Shown in pieces: positions 49,476 to 60,087 of a DNA stretch of 64,000 bases. A program made the position numbers and the translations under genes. The notes below the pieces were generated by a model. The model made no database searches, had not been told where the DNA came from, and was given only the letters and a program-made list of their open reading frames with translations. Origin of the DNA: an uncultured delta proteobacterium (lineage in GTDB: Bacteria; Desulfobacterota; Binatia; UBA9968); the NCBI GenBank assembly GCA_963847445.1, contig CAWJZV010000045.1, positions 168,525 to 232,524 on the forward strand, given 5' to 3'. Numbering within the stretch: position 1 is the first letter of the stretch; every line of letters starts with the position of its first letter.

Positions 49476-50889
49476 TTGGCGAGCGGAAAAACGACATTGC
49501 CGACCTTGGCGCGGACGATGGCGGAATTTACCTTTGCGCTTCGCTACGATGCCATCCCAGCGCAAGTTAAAGCGGCGGCGCGACGGCACCTGGCCGACAC
49601 CTTCGCCTGCGCTCTCGGCGCGCGCGCGGCGGCGGCTGTGCAAGCGCTGAAGAAACATGCGATCGCCCAGGGCGGTCGCGCCGATGCGACGATCATCGGC
49701 ACGGCGGAAAAAGTTCCCGCCGGACTCGCCGCGCTGGTTAACGGCACCATGGTCCGCTATCTCGACGCCAATGACATTTTCGTCTTGCGTCGCGGCGGCG
49801 CCTCGGGCCACTTCAGCGACGCCACGGCGGCGCTCCTCGCTGTCGCCGAGCGTTATCGGCGCAGCGGCGAGGAATTGCTCACTTGCATCGTCGCGTCCTA
49901 CGAGCTGCAAGGCGCCTTGGCCGAATCGCTCAATTTCTGGGAGCGCGGACTTCACCCATTGACCAACGTCGCCTGGGTCGCGCCCATCGTCGCCGCCCGG
50001 TTGCTCGGCGCAACGCCCGGCTGAAGCCGTGCACGCGTGCGGACTCTCCGTCGCAACCGGCACCGTGCTGAATACCTGGATCAGACCGGCAGAGACCATT
50101 CCCATGATCAAGAGCGTTGCGGTCGGCTTGGCTCTGGAGCGCGCGGTGGAGTCGGCCGAGTTGGCCGCGCTCGGCGTGACCGCCACGGACGATGCGTTGG
50201 AGATCGTTCTCGCGCATTTAAAATCGCCTCGCCGTTCCCGTTTCGATCCGCGACCAGTCCAACAACTCGGTCGACGCTGGACCATGACGCGAAATATGCT
50301 GAAGCTCTATCCGGCGCAGATCAACACACAGGCGGCCATCGAGGCGACCCTCCGTCTGCATCAAAACGGCGTCCGCGCCGAGCAAGTGCGAAAACTCATG
50401 CTCCATGGCCATCGCAACGTCTGCGGCGGCGTGCAGGGTTCGCCGCAAGCCTTTGCGCCGTCAAGCCGGGAGGCGGCGGACCACAGCACGCCCTACGTCA
50501 TGGCGATGGCGCTCCTGCGCGGCCGGTTGACGCCCTGCGAGTATGAAGCATCACCTTGGGAAACCACCGCGGTGAAGTCGGTGATGGCAAAAATAGAGTT
50601 GGTTATCGATGCCGCAAGAGACAGAGCTTTCGACACCGAGGGTATTCTCGGCGTGCGGCTGGTGGCGCAACTGAACGATGGGCGGATCGAAGAAATCATC
50701 GTGCATCAACCGAAGGGTCATCCGGACGCGCCGCTGAGCGACGCCGATTTGCTCGAAAAAATGACCTGGCTGCTGCAAACCCCGGCGACTGCGCTGGCGC
50801 CACGGCGATTGCTCGACCTCTGTAATCGCCTCACCACCGTCGAGGATCTCGCGGCACTCGTCGAGAGTTGCGGCGTCGAGCGGCAATGA
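49476..50889 (+). CDS. MmgE/PrpD family protein (frameshift near 50020)
   Basis: NGTMVRYLDAND, GHFSD, READHSTPY, PKGHP. Confidence 0.88.
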
Positions 50890-51034
50890 TCTTTCGGCCG
50901 CGTTCTACAATCACCATTGACTGGCACTGCGGTGCTGTATTAAACGAAATCACGCGGGATGCCTCACGTAAGCCTTTTGCGCGTGATGGGATCGAGAGCG
51001 TCATCGCTGGATTTTGACCGAATAGGAGGCGAAC

Positions 51035-52715
51035 ATGGCCCGAGTCACGGGAAGTCATCTGATCTGCAAAGCGCTCAAGTTGGAAGGCGTCAAAAATATC
51101 TTCGCTCTCGCCGGCGATCACATCCTGCCGGTGTTGGACGTGATGGCGGATCAGGACTTTCGCATCCTCGACACCCGTCACGAGCAGGCCGCCGTCCACA
51201 TGGCGGATGGCTGGAGCCGGATCACCGAGCAGCCCGGCGTCTGCATGTACACCACGCCGGGATTCGCCAACGCGATACCCGGCCTTACCAATGCGATGCA
51301 CACCGAGGGCACCGGTGATTTCCATCGCCGGTTGCGCCGACACCCATGATTTAGGCTGCGGCGCCCAACAAGAAATCAATCAAGTTGGCATGGCCGAACC
51401 CATGTGCAAGGGTTCGTTCATGGTTCCTGATGCGCGCAGGATTCCTGAATACATCGCCCGCGCGATGCGCCTGGCGTTCAGCGGGCGGCGCGGGCCGGTG
51501 CATTTGACGATTCCCATCGACGTGCAAGAGCAAAGCGTCGAGGAAAACGACGTGACGTTCATAGCTCCTGATGCCTACCGGCCTAAGGCTGCCGTGCTCG
51601 GCGATCCCAAACGGGTGCGGCAGGCGGTCGCGCTCTTGCGCCAAGCGCAGCGGCCGCTGCTGATCGCCGGCAGCGCCGCCGGCTACACGCTCTCGGGCGA
51701 GTCGATGCAGCGATTCATCGAAACGACGCGCCTGCCGATCGTGACCGAAGAGCAGTCGCGCGGTCTGGTTCCTGACGATCACCCGTACGTCTTCGGCTAC
51801 TTCGAGCGCGGCCTGAATCGCGCGGCGGCCAAAGTCCGCGACGCCGACGTGGTCGTGCTGCTCGGCCGCAAGCAAGACTTCGTCATCGGCTTTTGCCGCC
51901 CGCCGCATGTCGCGGCGAACGCCAAAATTATTCAGATCGATCCGTCGCCGTTGGAAATCGGCCGCAATCGCGGCGTCGACGTCGGCATGGCCGGCGATGT
52001 CGCGAGCATCCTGGAGCAGATGGCCGACGAGGCGGCGAAGTACGAGTGGAAAGATCTGCCGTGGTTGGACGACCTGCGCGCCGCGCGCGCAGCCCAGGCC
52101 GAGTGGGCGGAAAAGCTCGCGCAGCCGAAAACGCCGATGCACGCGCTGTTCGTCCACAAGACGCTAAAATCCATGCTCCGCCCCGACGACTGTCTGGTGT
52201 TCGATGGCGGTGATTTTTGCCACTTCGGCAGGTCTTATCTCCCTGCGGTCAAACCGAAGCACTGGTTCAACGTTTCCAGCCTCGGCATGTTGGGCTCCTC
52301 GTTGCCCACGGCGCTGGCGGCCAAGGTCGCTTATCCGAATTCGCGCGTCTTCATGCTCACCGGCGACGGCGCTTTTGGTTTCAACGGCATGGAATTCGAC
52401 ACCGCCGTGCGCCATGGACTGAATATCGTGGCGATCGTCGGCAACGATTCGGCGTGGGGCATCGACCGGCAGATCCAGCTCGGTCTCTATGGCCGCGCCG
52501 TCGCCACCGACCTGCGTCAAAGCCGCTACGAACAAATCGTCCAGGGACTCGGCGGCTACGGCGAGTTTGTCGAGCGTCCGGAGGATCTCAAACCGGCGCT
52601 GGAGCGCGCCCTCGCGGCCGGCAAGCCGGCGCTATTGAACGTCGCCGTGGAGCGCGCGATCAGCCCGCGAGCCGAGGCCGCCATCGGCCGGCGCAAAGCT
52701 GCTGCGCCAAAGTAA
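51035..52715 (+). CDS. Thiamine-diphosphate enzyme (acetolactate synthase/2-hydroxyacyl-CoA lyase-like; frameshift near 51310)
   Basis: TRHEQAAVHMADG, GPVHLTIP, GDGAFGFNGME...GNDSAWG. Confidence 0.9.
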
Positions 52716-52836
52716 GCGGCGCAAAAACCCGAGTCGTGAAATGCAAAAGCAGGGAATGCGACCGGTGGCGAAAAGGCGCAGCCGGCGAGATGAAGAAGGC
52801 GAGTTAGCAAGCTCGCATAGGTTTACGACGAACAGC

Positions 52837-52945
52837 AAAAGTAAAGACTTGAGACCCCCAAGGTGACACCACAGCCGCCCTGGTGCTCGTTACTTTGCAG
52901 TTGTACCGGCCACGCAGAATTCATGACGGCGAATTCGCGCTGAGC
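52837..52945 (+). repeat. Anchor repeat copy 5 (AAAGACTTGAGACCCC motif plus short Fsr-MFS 3' end)
   Basis: TGGTGCTCGTTACTTTGCAGTTGTACCGGCCACGCAGAATTCATGACGGCGAATTCGCGCTGAGC matches 45700-45765. Confidence 0.85.
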
Positions 52946-53197
52946 AAACCATTTAGATATATCCACAGGAACAAAGCAGGGGCGCACTGAGCCCTTGGTT
53001 TTTTCCGAGTTTATTTTTCCAGAGCTCTGCCGGTGTCGCCGTACCGTTCCAGACCGAGCGGCTGATGAATCGAAAGAGATTCACGGCGGTGTTCAAACGC
53101 GAAACGGTTCGGTCAAAGAAGAGTCTAAGCGGTCCACTTGTCGGTGCCATCGGTTTTGATACCGTTTAAATTAGCTCAGTAAGTTGAGAGGAAACCT

Positions 53198-53668
53198 ATG
53201 GATATATTCTGGGAGGAGTTGACGTCCGGCCTGCCTGACGCGAGGCAGCTGGTGCATGTGCTTATCCGAATGATCGCCGCTAGCGTCCTGGGAGCGGTGG
53301 TCGGGATGCAACGAGAGAAAGCCGGAAAACCTGCAGGGCTGCGCACGCACATGCTGGTGAGTCTGGGCACGGCGGTGATCGTCCTCGCTTGCTCCGGAGT
53401 CGGCATGTCATCTGAAGCCGTCTCGCGGGTTGTCCAGGGCATTGTCACCGGCATCGGCTTTCTCGGCGCCGGCGCCATCCTCAAGCTCGACCAGGAGCGC
53501 GAAATCCAGGGCCTGACCACGGCGGCCGGCATCTGGATGACCGCCGCCATCGGCGTCGCTGTCGGATTGGGCAGCCTCGGGGTCGCGTTGCTGAGCACGC
53601 TTTTCACGTTGGTCATTCTTGCGCTCGCAGGGCTGCTCGACAACGATCAACAGACGAAGAACCATTGA
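53198..53668 (+). CDS. MgtC/SapB family membrane protein
   Basis: KPAGLRTHMLV, GIGFLGAG, GLTTAAGIW. Confidence 0.93.
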   Translation: MDIFWEELTSGLPDARQLVHVLIRMIAASVLGAVVGMQREKAGKPAGLRTHMLVSLGTAVIVLACSGVGMSSEAVSRVVQGIVTGIGFLGAGAILKLDQEREIQGLTTAAGIWMTAAIGVAVGLGSLGVALLSTLFTLVILALAGLLDNDQQTKNH

Positions 53669-53725
53669 CCAGGACTGGACGGCCGCGCCGATCGATCGGC
53701 ACACAAGCTCTTAATCTTCCAACGC

Positions 53726-53812
53726 GTTGAACGGCTTGAACGGAGCGAAGCGGTTGAACGTTTTGAACACGCTCAATCCCCATGGCGCGAAGCGGTTGAA
53801 CGCTTTGAACGA
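53726..53812. repeat. Short tandem TTGAAC(G) repeat
   Basis: TTGAACGGCTTGAACGGAGCGAAGCGGTTGAACGTTTTGAAC...GAAGCGGTTGAACGCTTTGAAC. Confidence 0.8.
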
Positions 53813-53844
53813 GCTCGGAGTCCTTGGACAGGCTCAGCCGGAGC

Positions 53845-55132
53845 TCATGTTGATTTCGAGAACATCCGGTAAACAGCCTGGGCCCCCTCCAACAAACGGT
53901 GATCCTGGTTGCGGTGACCGATGAGCTGAATGCCGACTGGCAGACCGGACGGTCCGGTAAACACAGGCAGGGTGACGCAAGGAGTGTAGGTCCACGTCGA
54001 CAGGATATTGAACGAGGTGTCGCCCGTACTGGCCAGGCCTGCCGGAGCCTCTCCGAGAGCACTTGGCGTGAGCAGCAGGTCGAGATCCTTCATGGCGTCG
54101 GCGAGATGTCCGCGGCACTGAGCCAGCACGCCTTCGGCTTCTCGATATTGTTCGTAAGAGACATTGAGTGCGGCGAATTTGTCGCGCTGGAACTCGCTCA
54201 AAAGATTCCAATGATGATTCCGCTCCCAGGTGAGGCTACGAGAGAACTCGTAATCATTGATGCGCCGGCCGATGGCCTCGAAGTTTTCAAACGGCTTGCC
54301 GAGATCGAAGTCGGAGACCTTCGCTCCGGCCTTCGCCAGCGCGCTTGCGGCCTCTTCGAGAAATGTTTTCGTGTACTCCTCCGCACGGTCCCAGAACATT
54401 GCGGCAAAAGCCGATCTTGAGCTGGTTCACTGGAATGGCGGCCAGAGGTTTCGCGGCGAATCCTGTAAGCGCGGCGCGAAACAGAGCCAGGTCCTCGACC
54501 GCGCGAGCGAAAAGCCCCACGGTGTCGAAGGACGCGGTGTTCTGCTTCACGCCCTGGGTGCTCACTTCGCCGTAGCTCGGTTTGTAGCCGACGCAGCCGC
54601 AGAACGCTGCTGGACGGATCACCGATCCGACCGTCTGGGTGCCGAAGGCGAGCGGCACCATGCAATCGCCGACCGCGGCGGCGGAGCCGCTGGAGGAACC
54701 GCCGGGCGTATGCGCGGGATTGTGCGGATTGGTCGTGTTTCCCAATGGAGATCGACTGGCAAACTCGGTGGTCACCGTCTTGCCCAAAAGCACGCCGCCG
54801 GCAGCGCGGCTCAGCGCCACGCACGCCGCGTCCGCCATCGGACGGTTGCCTTTGTAGATGGGCGATCCGTACTCGGTGGGCAAGTCGGCCGTGTCCATGA
54901 TGTCCTTGGCCGCGAATGGCACTCCGTGCAGCGGACCGCGGTTCGCGCTCTTGTCGCATTCCCGCGCCTGCGCCAGGGCAAAATCGCGGTCTAAATGGAC
55001 CCATGCTTTGACTTGCGATTCCCGCGCATCGATCCGCTCGAGACAGGAGCGTACCAAAGCTTCGGACGTGAGTTTGCCTTCGCGAATCCGCGCCGCCGCC
55101 TCACTCGCCGATAACCGAAATAAATCCGCCAT
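53845..55132 (-). CDS. Amidase signature family protein (frameshift near 54400)
   Basis: GPLHGVPFAAKD, PGGSSSGSAAAV, GTQTVGS, GLPVGIQL. Confidence 0.92.
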
Positions 55133-55334
55133 GTGATTCTCCTTAGCCGAATCCGAAAAGCATTTGGCAACATAACCGAGCAGGCGTTGTGACTGCAACA
55201 AGAGCCGGTCTGGTCTACTGCCAGCGCCGCAAAAGACGGCGACCCCTAGTTTAACGGCTTGAAACGTTTGAAACGTCTGGAACGGTTGGAACAATGGATT
55301 GACCGTTAATCAAGTACCGTGGTAATTTAAGGTT

Positions 55335-55598
55335 ATGGCTTTGGCGCAATCAAAAGTGACGGCTCAGGGACAGATTTCCGTTCCGGTGGAAGTGCGACGT
55401 AAACTCGGTATCGGGCCGGGCTCGGTGCTGGAATGGGAGGAGGAAGGCGACGCCGTGGTCGTACGCAAAGCCGGCCGGTACACGTCGGAAGACATTCATC
55501 GCGCGATATTTCCGAAAGAGATACCGGCTGCGAAGAAGGTCGAAGAGTTCGATAAAGGCGTGCGGCGTTACATGAAGAAAAAGCATGCGCGCCGTTGA
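55335..55598 (+). CDS. AbrB/MazE-type antitoxin
   Basis: SKVTAQGQISVPVEVRRKLGI; overlaps PIN toxin. Confidence 0.9.
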   Translation: MALAQSKVTAQGQISVPVEVRRKLGIGPGSVLEWEEEGDAVVVRKAGRYTSEDIHRAIFPKEIPAAKKVEEFDKGVRRYMKKKHARR

Positions 55599-55965
55599 CA
55601 CCAACGTCTTGGTCCGTCTGGTCACGCGCGACGACCGGAAGCAGGTTGCTGCCGCGGAATCGTTCGTGAGTAAAGGGGCATGGGTGTCCACGCTGGTTCT
55701 CATGGAAGCGACATGGGTTCTCACCGCTGTGTACGACCTGACTCACGCGGAAATCGCGACGGCCATCGACATGCTTTTGCATCATCGAGATCTTACCATT
55801 CAAGAGTCCGATAGCGTGGCCGCAGCACTTGAGCAGTATCGCAACCGGCCGGCGTTGGGGTTCTCCGATTGTTTGATCCTCGAAACAGCTCGGAAAGCCG
55901 GCCACCTGCCGTTGGGAACCTTCGACCGAAATCTCGCCAAACTCGACGGGTCCGAAGGACTGTAG
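55585..55965 (+). CDS. vapC: VapC PIN-domain toxin
   Basis: AVDTNVLVR, GFSDCLI, TFD. Confidence 0.92.
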   Translation: MRAVDTNVLVRLVTRDDRKQVAAAESFVSKGAWVSTLVLMEATWVLTAVYDLTHAEIATAIDMLLHHRDLTIQESDSVAAALEQYRNRPALGFSDCLILETARKAGHLPLGTFDRNLAKLDGSEGL

Positions 55966-56105
55966 CCCTACCCCACGCGGCCCCTTCAGAAAAGTAGCGG
56001 GTCCTCCTTAAACTCCCCAGCGCCGATCTGTGACCATCAAGAGCCAAGGACGGGCTCGCCCCCTTTTGAGTTCTTGCAATCTTCAATCACCGGGCCGGCC
56101 ACAGT

Positions 56106-56819
56106 TTAAAGCGCGGCCGGAACTTTACGCTTCCAGAGCTCCCAAGTACGTCTGATCTGGGTGGCGTCCGGCCCTGAACGGGCGTTTACTTTCGTCGCTT
56201 CTTCCGGCGCCAAGTAGATCAACGGTCCGCTCAGCATCGCAGCCTGAAGCTGCAGCCGAGCATTGAGCTCCGTTTGGATCGCCCGATAGACGACTTGCTG
56301 CACAGTCTCTCCGACCACGACGTTGCCGTGGCCGCGCAGCAGTGCCACGGCACCTTGACCCAAGGTCTTGCCGAGGGCCTTGCCGAGCTCGCCGTTGCCG
56401 ATAAGCAAGTCCGTCATGCCGGCGACGTTACGGATATCAAAAACCGGCACCGAGGGAGAAAGGAATGCGGCGCCGTTAAACACCGGCTGCAGTGGTGTCC
56501 GGCTGATGCTGAATGGAATCGTGGTCGGGGAATGGCTGTGAATCACTGCCATAACATCGGGCCGCGCCTTGTACGCCTCGCCGTGGATAAACCGTTCGAG
56601 AAACACCTCTCGGCCTTGACGCTCGACGGCGTTGGAATCCAGGTCGTATTCCAGGACGTCGGAAGCCGTCACCAGAGCCGGCGCCAGGGAGCGCGACATC
56701 AGGTAACGCTGCGGATTATCCGGATGGCGCATGCTCACATGGCCGAGGCCGTCGAGGACGCCTTCGTTGGCGAGGATATGGCTCGCGGCTACGAGATTCC
56801 CGATGATCTGTTCGTCCAT
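56106..56819 (-). CDS. Class II aldolase/adducin family protein (copy 1)
   Basis: GHVSMR, ERFIHGE, HSHS, LLRGHG. Confidence 0.9.
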   Translation of the reverse strand: MDEQIIGNLVAASHILANEGVLDGLGHVSMRHPDNPQRYLMSRSLAPALVTASDVLEYDLDSNAVERQGREVFLERFIHGEAYKARPDVMAVIHSHSPTTIPFSISRTPLQPVFNGAAFLSPSVPVFDIRNVAGMTDLLIGNGELGKALGKTLGQGAVALLRGHGNVVVGETVQQVVYRAIQTELNARLQLQAAMLSGPLIYLAPEEATKVNARSGPDATQIRRTWELWKRKVPAAL

Positions 56820-57057
56820 GAAATCGCCTCCTTGACCGGGGTATGGTCGTTGCAAAATTGTCGGCTACCGCCAGGTGCAAGCTTTAGCAAAACTTAAGAG
56901 GATTGCGAACTCTGAGCCGCGTCTCGATGAGGTAACTATGCCTCAAGATATTGACGGTTAAGCGTGCCGTAGCCGGTGCCCATGGCCAAAGAAGCGCGGG
57001 TCATCTGTCGTCATCTCTCCTCGCTTCCTTCCTACAGCTCCTAGACTAGCCTGCCTC

Positions 57058-57240
57058 TTGGACTACGGGCTGACCTCGCTGATCACCCAGCTCGTGGTCA
57101 TTCCTGCGCCGATGGTTACCGGCTATTTGATCGGCGGGTTGGGGATCAAATTCGCGTTTGTCTTGGCGGGAATATTTCTACTAATCGCCGGTCTGGTGCT
57201 CACTCCGTTGCAGTTGTACCGGGGCACGCAGAATTCATAA
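57058..57240 (+). pseudogene. Duplicated 3' ~60 codons of the MFS gene at 44522..45746
   Basis: YGLTSLITQLVVIPAPMVTGYLIGGLGIKFAFVLAGIFLLIAGLVLTPLQLYRGTQNS nearly identical to its C-terminus. Confidence 0.92.
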
Positions 57241-57460
57241 CGGCGAATTCGGGCTGAGCACCAGCGCTTTTAGATGGAGTCGGCGCGACTGATCTCTAGT
57301 TGTTCGTATGGCCTTTTGCCAGGCTCGGTGGGTAATCCCGAATAATTTGTCCAAACTGTGACAACAGGACAGAGCTCTCCTGTTGAAATACTTGGTGTGA
57401 CCGACGAAAATTCAAAATTGCAGCATACAATGATTCACCTGCCGGCTCATACCTGACCCT
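57063..57460 (+). repeat. Anchor repeat copy 6
   Basis: MFS tail plus GGCTCGGTGGGTAATCCCGAATAATT..ACAACAG..GACCGACGAAAAT..ACCTGACCC. Confidence 0.9.
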
Positions 57461-57557
57461 GACGGTTTTAGATCTTTTCCCGCCAAGATGCATTTTCTCT
57501 ATATGATAAGATCGTGCCGTTTTACGTAAATCGTAAAATTTGGTAAAGTTTCAACAG

Positions 57558-57836
57558 ATGATCCGAAGCTTCAAGGACCGAAGAACGGAGAATTTCTTCG
57601 GTGGCGACAATGTCAGGCAGTTCTCAGGCGTCAAGAAGGCGGCGGAGCGCAAGCTGGTTATGCTGGATAGCGCGGTGAAGCTGGGCGACCTCGCCGCGAG
57701 TCCAGGAAATAGATTGGAAAAGTTATCGGGAGACAGGGCCGGACAATACAGTATCCGGATCAACGACCAATGGCGGATCTGTTTTACTTGGAAGGATGAC
57801 GGTCCGTACGACGTTGAAATCGTGGACTATCATTAA
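57558..57836 (+). CDS. higB: HigB/RelE toxin (plasmid maintenance killer type)
   Basis: MIRSFKD, PGNRLEKLSGDRAGQYSIRINDQWRICF, VEIVDYH; upstream palindrome TTTTACG..CGTAAAA. Confidence 0.93.
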   Translation: MIRSFKDRRTENFFGGDNVRQFSGVKKAAERKLVMLDSAVKLGDLAASPGNRLEKLSGDRAGQYSIRINDQWRICFTWKDDGPYDVEIVDYH

Positions 57837-57847
57837 GGAGTAACAAA

Positions 57848-58156
57848 ATGAAAAAGAATGGAATGCGACCGGTTCCGCCGGGTGAAATTCTCAACGAGGA
57901 GTTTTTGAAACCGCTGGGCCTGACGGCAAACGCGCTCGCGAAGGCGATCGGGGTGCCGCCCAACCGGATCACGGCAATTCTGAAGGATGAGAGAGGCATC
58001 ACAGGGGATACGGCGATCCGGCTGGGAACGTTTTTCAAAACATCGGCGGAATTCTGGATGAACCTGCAAATGACCTACGACCTGCGCAACGCCGAAAAGG
58101 CGCTGCCGGCCAGGGTGAGAAGGAGTATCGAAGGCAACAGGAGTGTGCTGGCGTGA
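57848..58156 (+). CDS. higA: HigA antitoxin
   Basis: PPGEILNEEFLKPLG, ITGDTAIRL, FWMNLQ. Confidence 0.93.
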   Translation: MKKNGMRPVPPGEILNEEFLKPLGLTANALAKAIGVPPNRITAILKDERGITGDTAIRLGTFFKTSAEFWMNLQMTYDLRNAEKALPARVRRSIEGNRSVLA

Positions 58157-58231
58157 TACGCAAGGTCGGCGACGGCAAAAGCCGAACCCCTAGTCGAGAA
58201 ATAGTGGCCGGCGACATAAGGAGTAAACGTC

Positions 58232-58564
58232 ATGGCAAAAGCAAAGAGGAAATCGAGCGCGGATGCAGTTGAAATTCTCCACCGTCGCTATTACGCCGGC
58301 AAGCCGCAGCGACTCGCCGCTTTGGAACAAGCGCGAGCGAACGACCACGTTGCTCGTAAGCTAACCGCACTGAGAATTTCACACGGGCTAAGCCAACGTC
58401 AACTGGCACAACTCATAGGAACCACAGCGTCGGTCATTTGTCGTCTCGAAGACGCCAATTATGAGGGCCATTCCCTGGCGATGCTTAATCGAATCGCCGC
58501 GGCCTTGAACCAACGCGTTGAGATTCGTTTTGTGCCGGCAGAACGACGCTTGCGTTCCGCATGA
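58232..58564 (+). CDS. XRE/HTH protein (orphan antitoxin-like)
   Basis: GLSQRQLAQLIGTTASVICRLEDANYEGHSL. Confidence 0.85.
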   Translation: MAKAKRKSSADAVEILHRRYYAGKPQRLAALEQARANDHVARKLTALRISHGLSQRQLAQLIGTTASVICRLEDANYEGHSLAMLNRIAAALNQRVEIRFVPAERRLRSA

Positions 58565-58585
58565 TTCCGACCGATTGGACAGGCA

Positions 58586-58830
58586 ACGGCACCTGGGTGC
58601 CGATGGCGACGGTTCAATTTGCGGCAATGACTACAGCACTTCTCGCCGTCTGGATGGCGATGCGTATTTTAAATAGAGTTGCGACCGATCTCTCGTCAGT
58701 CGTCAGGCCATCTGCCGGGGCTCGGTGGGTCATCCCGAATAATTGTCTAAACTAAAACAACAGTCGCTCTCACGTTGACCATGTGTTGAGACCGACGAAA
58801 ATCTACAATGTCAAAATACAAGACTTGACC
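58586..58830 (+). repeat. Anchor repeat copy 7 (Bcr-MFS tail plus full core plus CAAGACTTGACC)
   Basis: Encodes remnant GTWVPMATVQFAA matching the Bcr C-terminus GTWVPMATVHFAA. Confidence 0.9.
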
Positions 58831-58867
58831 ACAATGTCTGAATCTCCGTTGCGAATTGCTACGATTC

Positions 58868-58910
58868 TAGACCTGACCCCGTGGCTTGGCTTGACCCCGT
58901 GGCTTGGCTT
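58868..58910 (+). repeat. GACCTGACCCC motif with tandem 18-bp duplication
   Basis: AGACCTGACCCCGTGGCTTGGCT-TGACCCCGTGGCTTGGCTT. Confidence 0.8.
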
Positions 58911-59042
58911 GCCAATTCATTTTCCATTTGTGGGTCAACGTGGCCGGCCCGATGGGCGGTGCATCGTTTCTTTGACTTGAATACAATGGAGGTGTTAGTT
59001 TGCGCCTAGAAAAGCGTATACGTCGAAAGCAAGGAGGTAGCC

Positions 59043-60086
59043 GTGAATAAAGGCTCGTGTGCGATGCTGGCTGCGGTTTACGCAGTCGCCGTTTCGATTA
59101 GCTTTCCGTCGAGTTCTGAAGCCCAGAGCAAGAAAGTCACTGTTCAGCTCGCCTGGGTCATTGGCGGGCTCCACGCGGGATTTTTCGTCGCCAAAGAAAA
59201 GGGGTTCTACGCCTCCAAGGGCCTGGACGTGGCCATCAACCGCGGCTTCGGCAGCGGGGATACGGCCAAAGTGGTCGCCACCGGCGCGGCCCACTTCGGT
59301 GAGGTAAATTTGCCGACGGCGATTATCTCCCGCGGAAAGGAAATCCCATTGGGCATCCTCGGGGTTATCATCGGCAAGGCTCCGGAGAGTATCCTGGCCT
59401 TTGCAGAGAAAGGAATCCGCAAGCCCAAAGACGTGGAGGGGAAAACCTTTGCAGAGGCCTCCGGAGCGGCCATCATGGTTACCTGGCCCGCCTTCGCCAA
59501 GCTGGCGGGGATCGACATCAGCAAAGCGACCCATATCCCGGTGGAGGCCGCGGCCAAGCCCGCCGTTTTTTTCAGCGGCCAGGTCGACTGGGTCCCGGGC
59601 TTTCGGCCGGGCTTTGATGAACCGATCATACTCCGGGCCCAAAAGGAAGGAAAAAAATTATCCTTTGTACGTTGGGAAGACTTTGGCTGGAAGGTCTACG
59701 GCAACGGTCTCGTTACGCACCAGGACATGCTCAAGCGGGATCCCAAGACGGTGGCAGATTTTGTTGGCGCCACGATGGATGGCTATGCTTACGCCATCGA
59801 GCACTTTGACGAGGCCCTGGAGATCACGCTCAAGGCCAACCCGGAATTGGATCGGCAATCTGCCCGTCTCTCGCTGCTTTTCGCTCTCGACGCCATAATG
59901 ACGAAAGCTTCGAAGGAGAAAGGCTTGGGCTACATGGACGAGGATCGAATGGCCTTCCAGATAAAGCTAATGTCCGATCTGATGAAGTTCAATCCGCCCA
60001 AAAATATTTACACCAACCAATTTATACAAAAGAAACCGTTGACGGTGCCTCCAGCTCTTGCAGCGGAACTGGGCAAATTACCCTAG
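59043..60086 (+). CDS. NMT1/THI5-like ABC substrate-binding protein
   Basis: VQLAW...HAGFFVAKEKGFYASKGLDV, RGFGSG, YGNGL. Confidence 0.9.
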   Translation: MNKGSCAMLAAVYAVAVSISFPSSSEAQSKKVTVQLAWVIGGLHAGFFVAKEKGFYASKGLDVAINRGFGSGDTAKVVATGAAHFGEVNLPTAIISRGKEIPLGILGVIIGKAPESILAFAEKGIRKPKDVEGKTFAEASGAAIMVTWPAFAKLAGIDISKATHIPVEAAAKPAVFFSGQVDWVPGFRPGFDEPIILRAQKEGKKLSFVRWEDFGWKVYGNGLVTHQDMLKRDPKTVADFVGATMDGYAYAIEHFDEALEITLKANPELDRQSARLSLLFALDAIMTKASKEKGLGYMDEDRMAFQIKLMSDLMKFNPPKNIYTNQFIQKKPLTVPPALAAELGKLP

Positions 60087-60087
60087 T

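Noticed and set aside
58783-58980. 65-aa ORF containing 'KIQDLT' and 'DLTP'
   Set aside because: Translation of the repeat-end motif, not a credible gene; no transposase body present.
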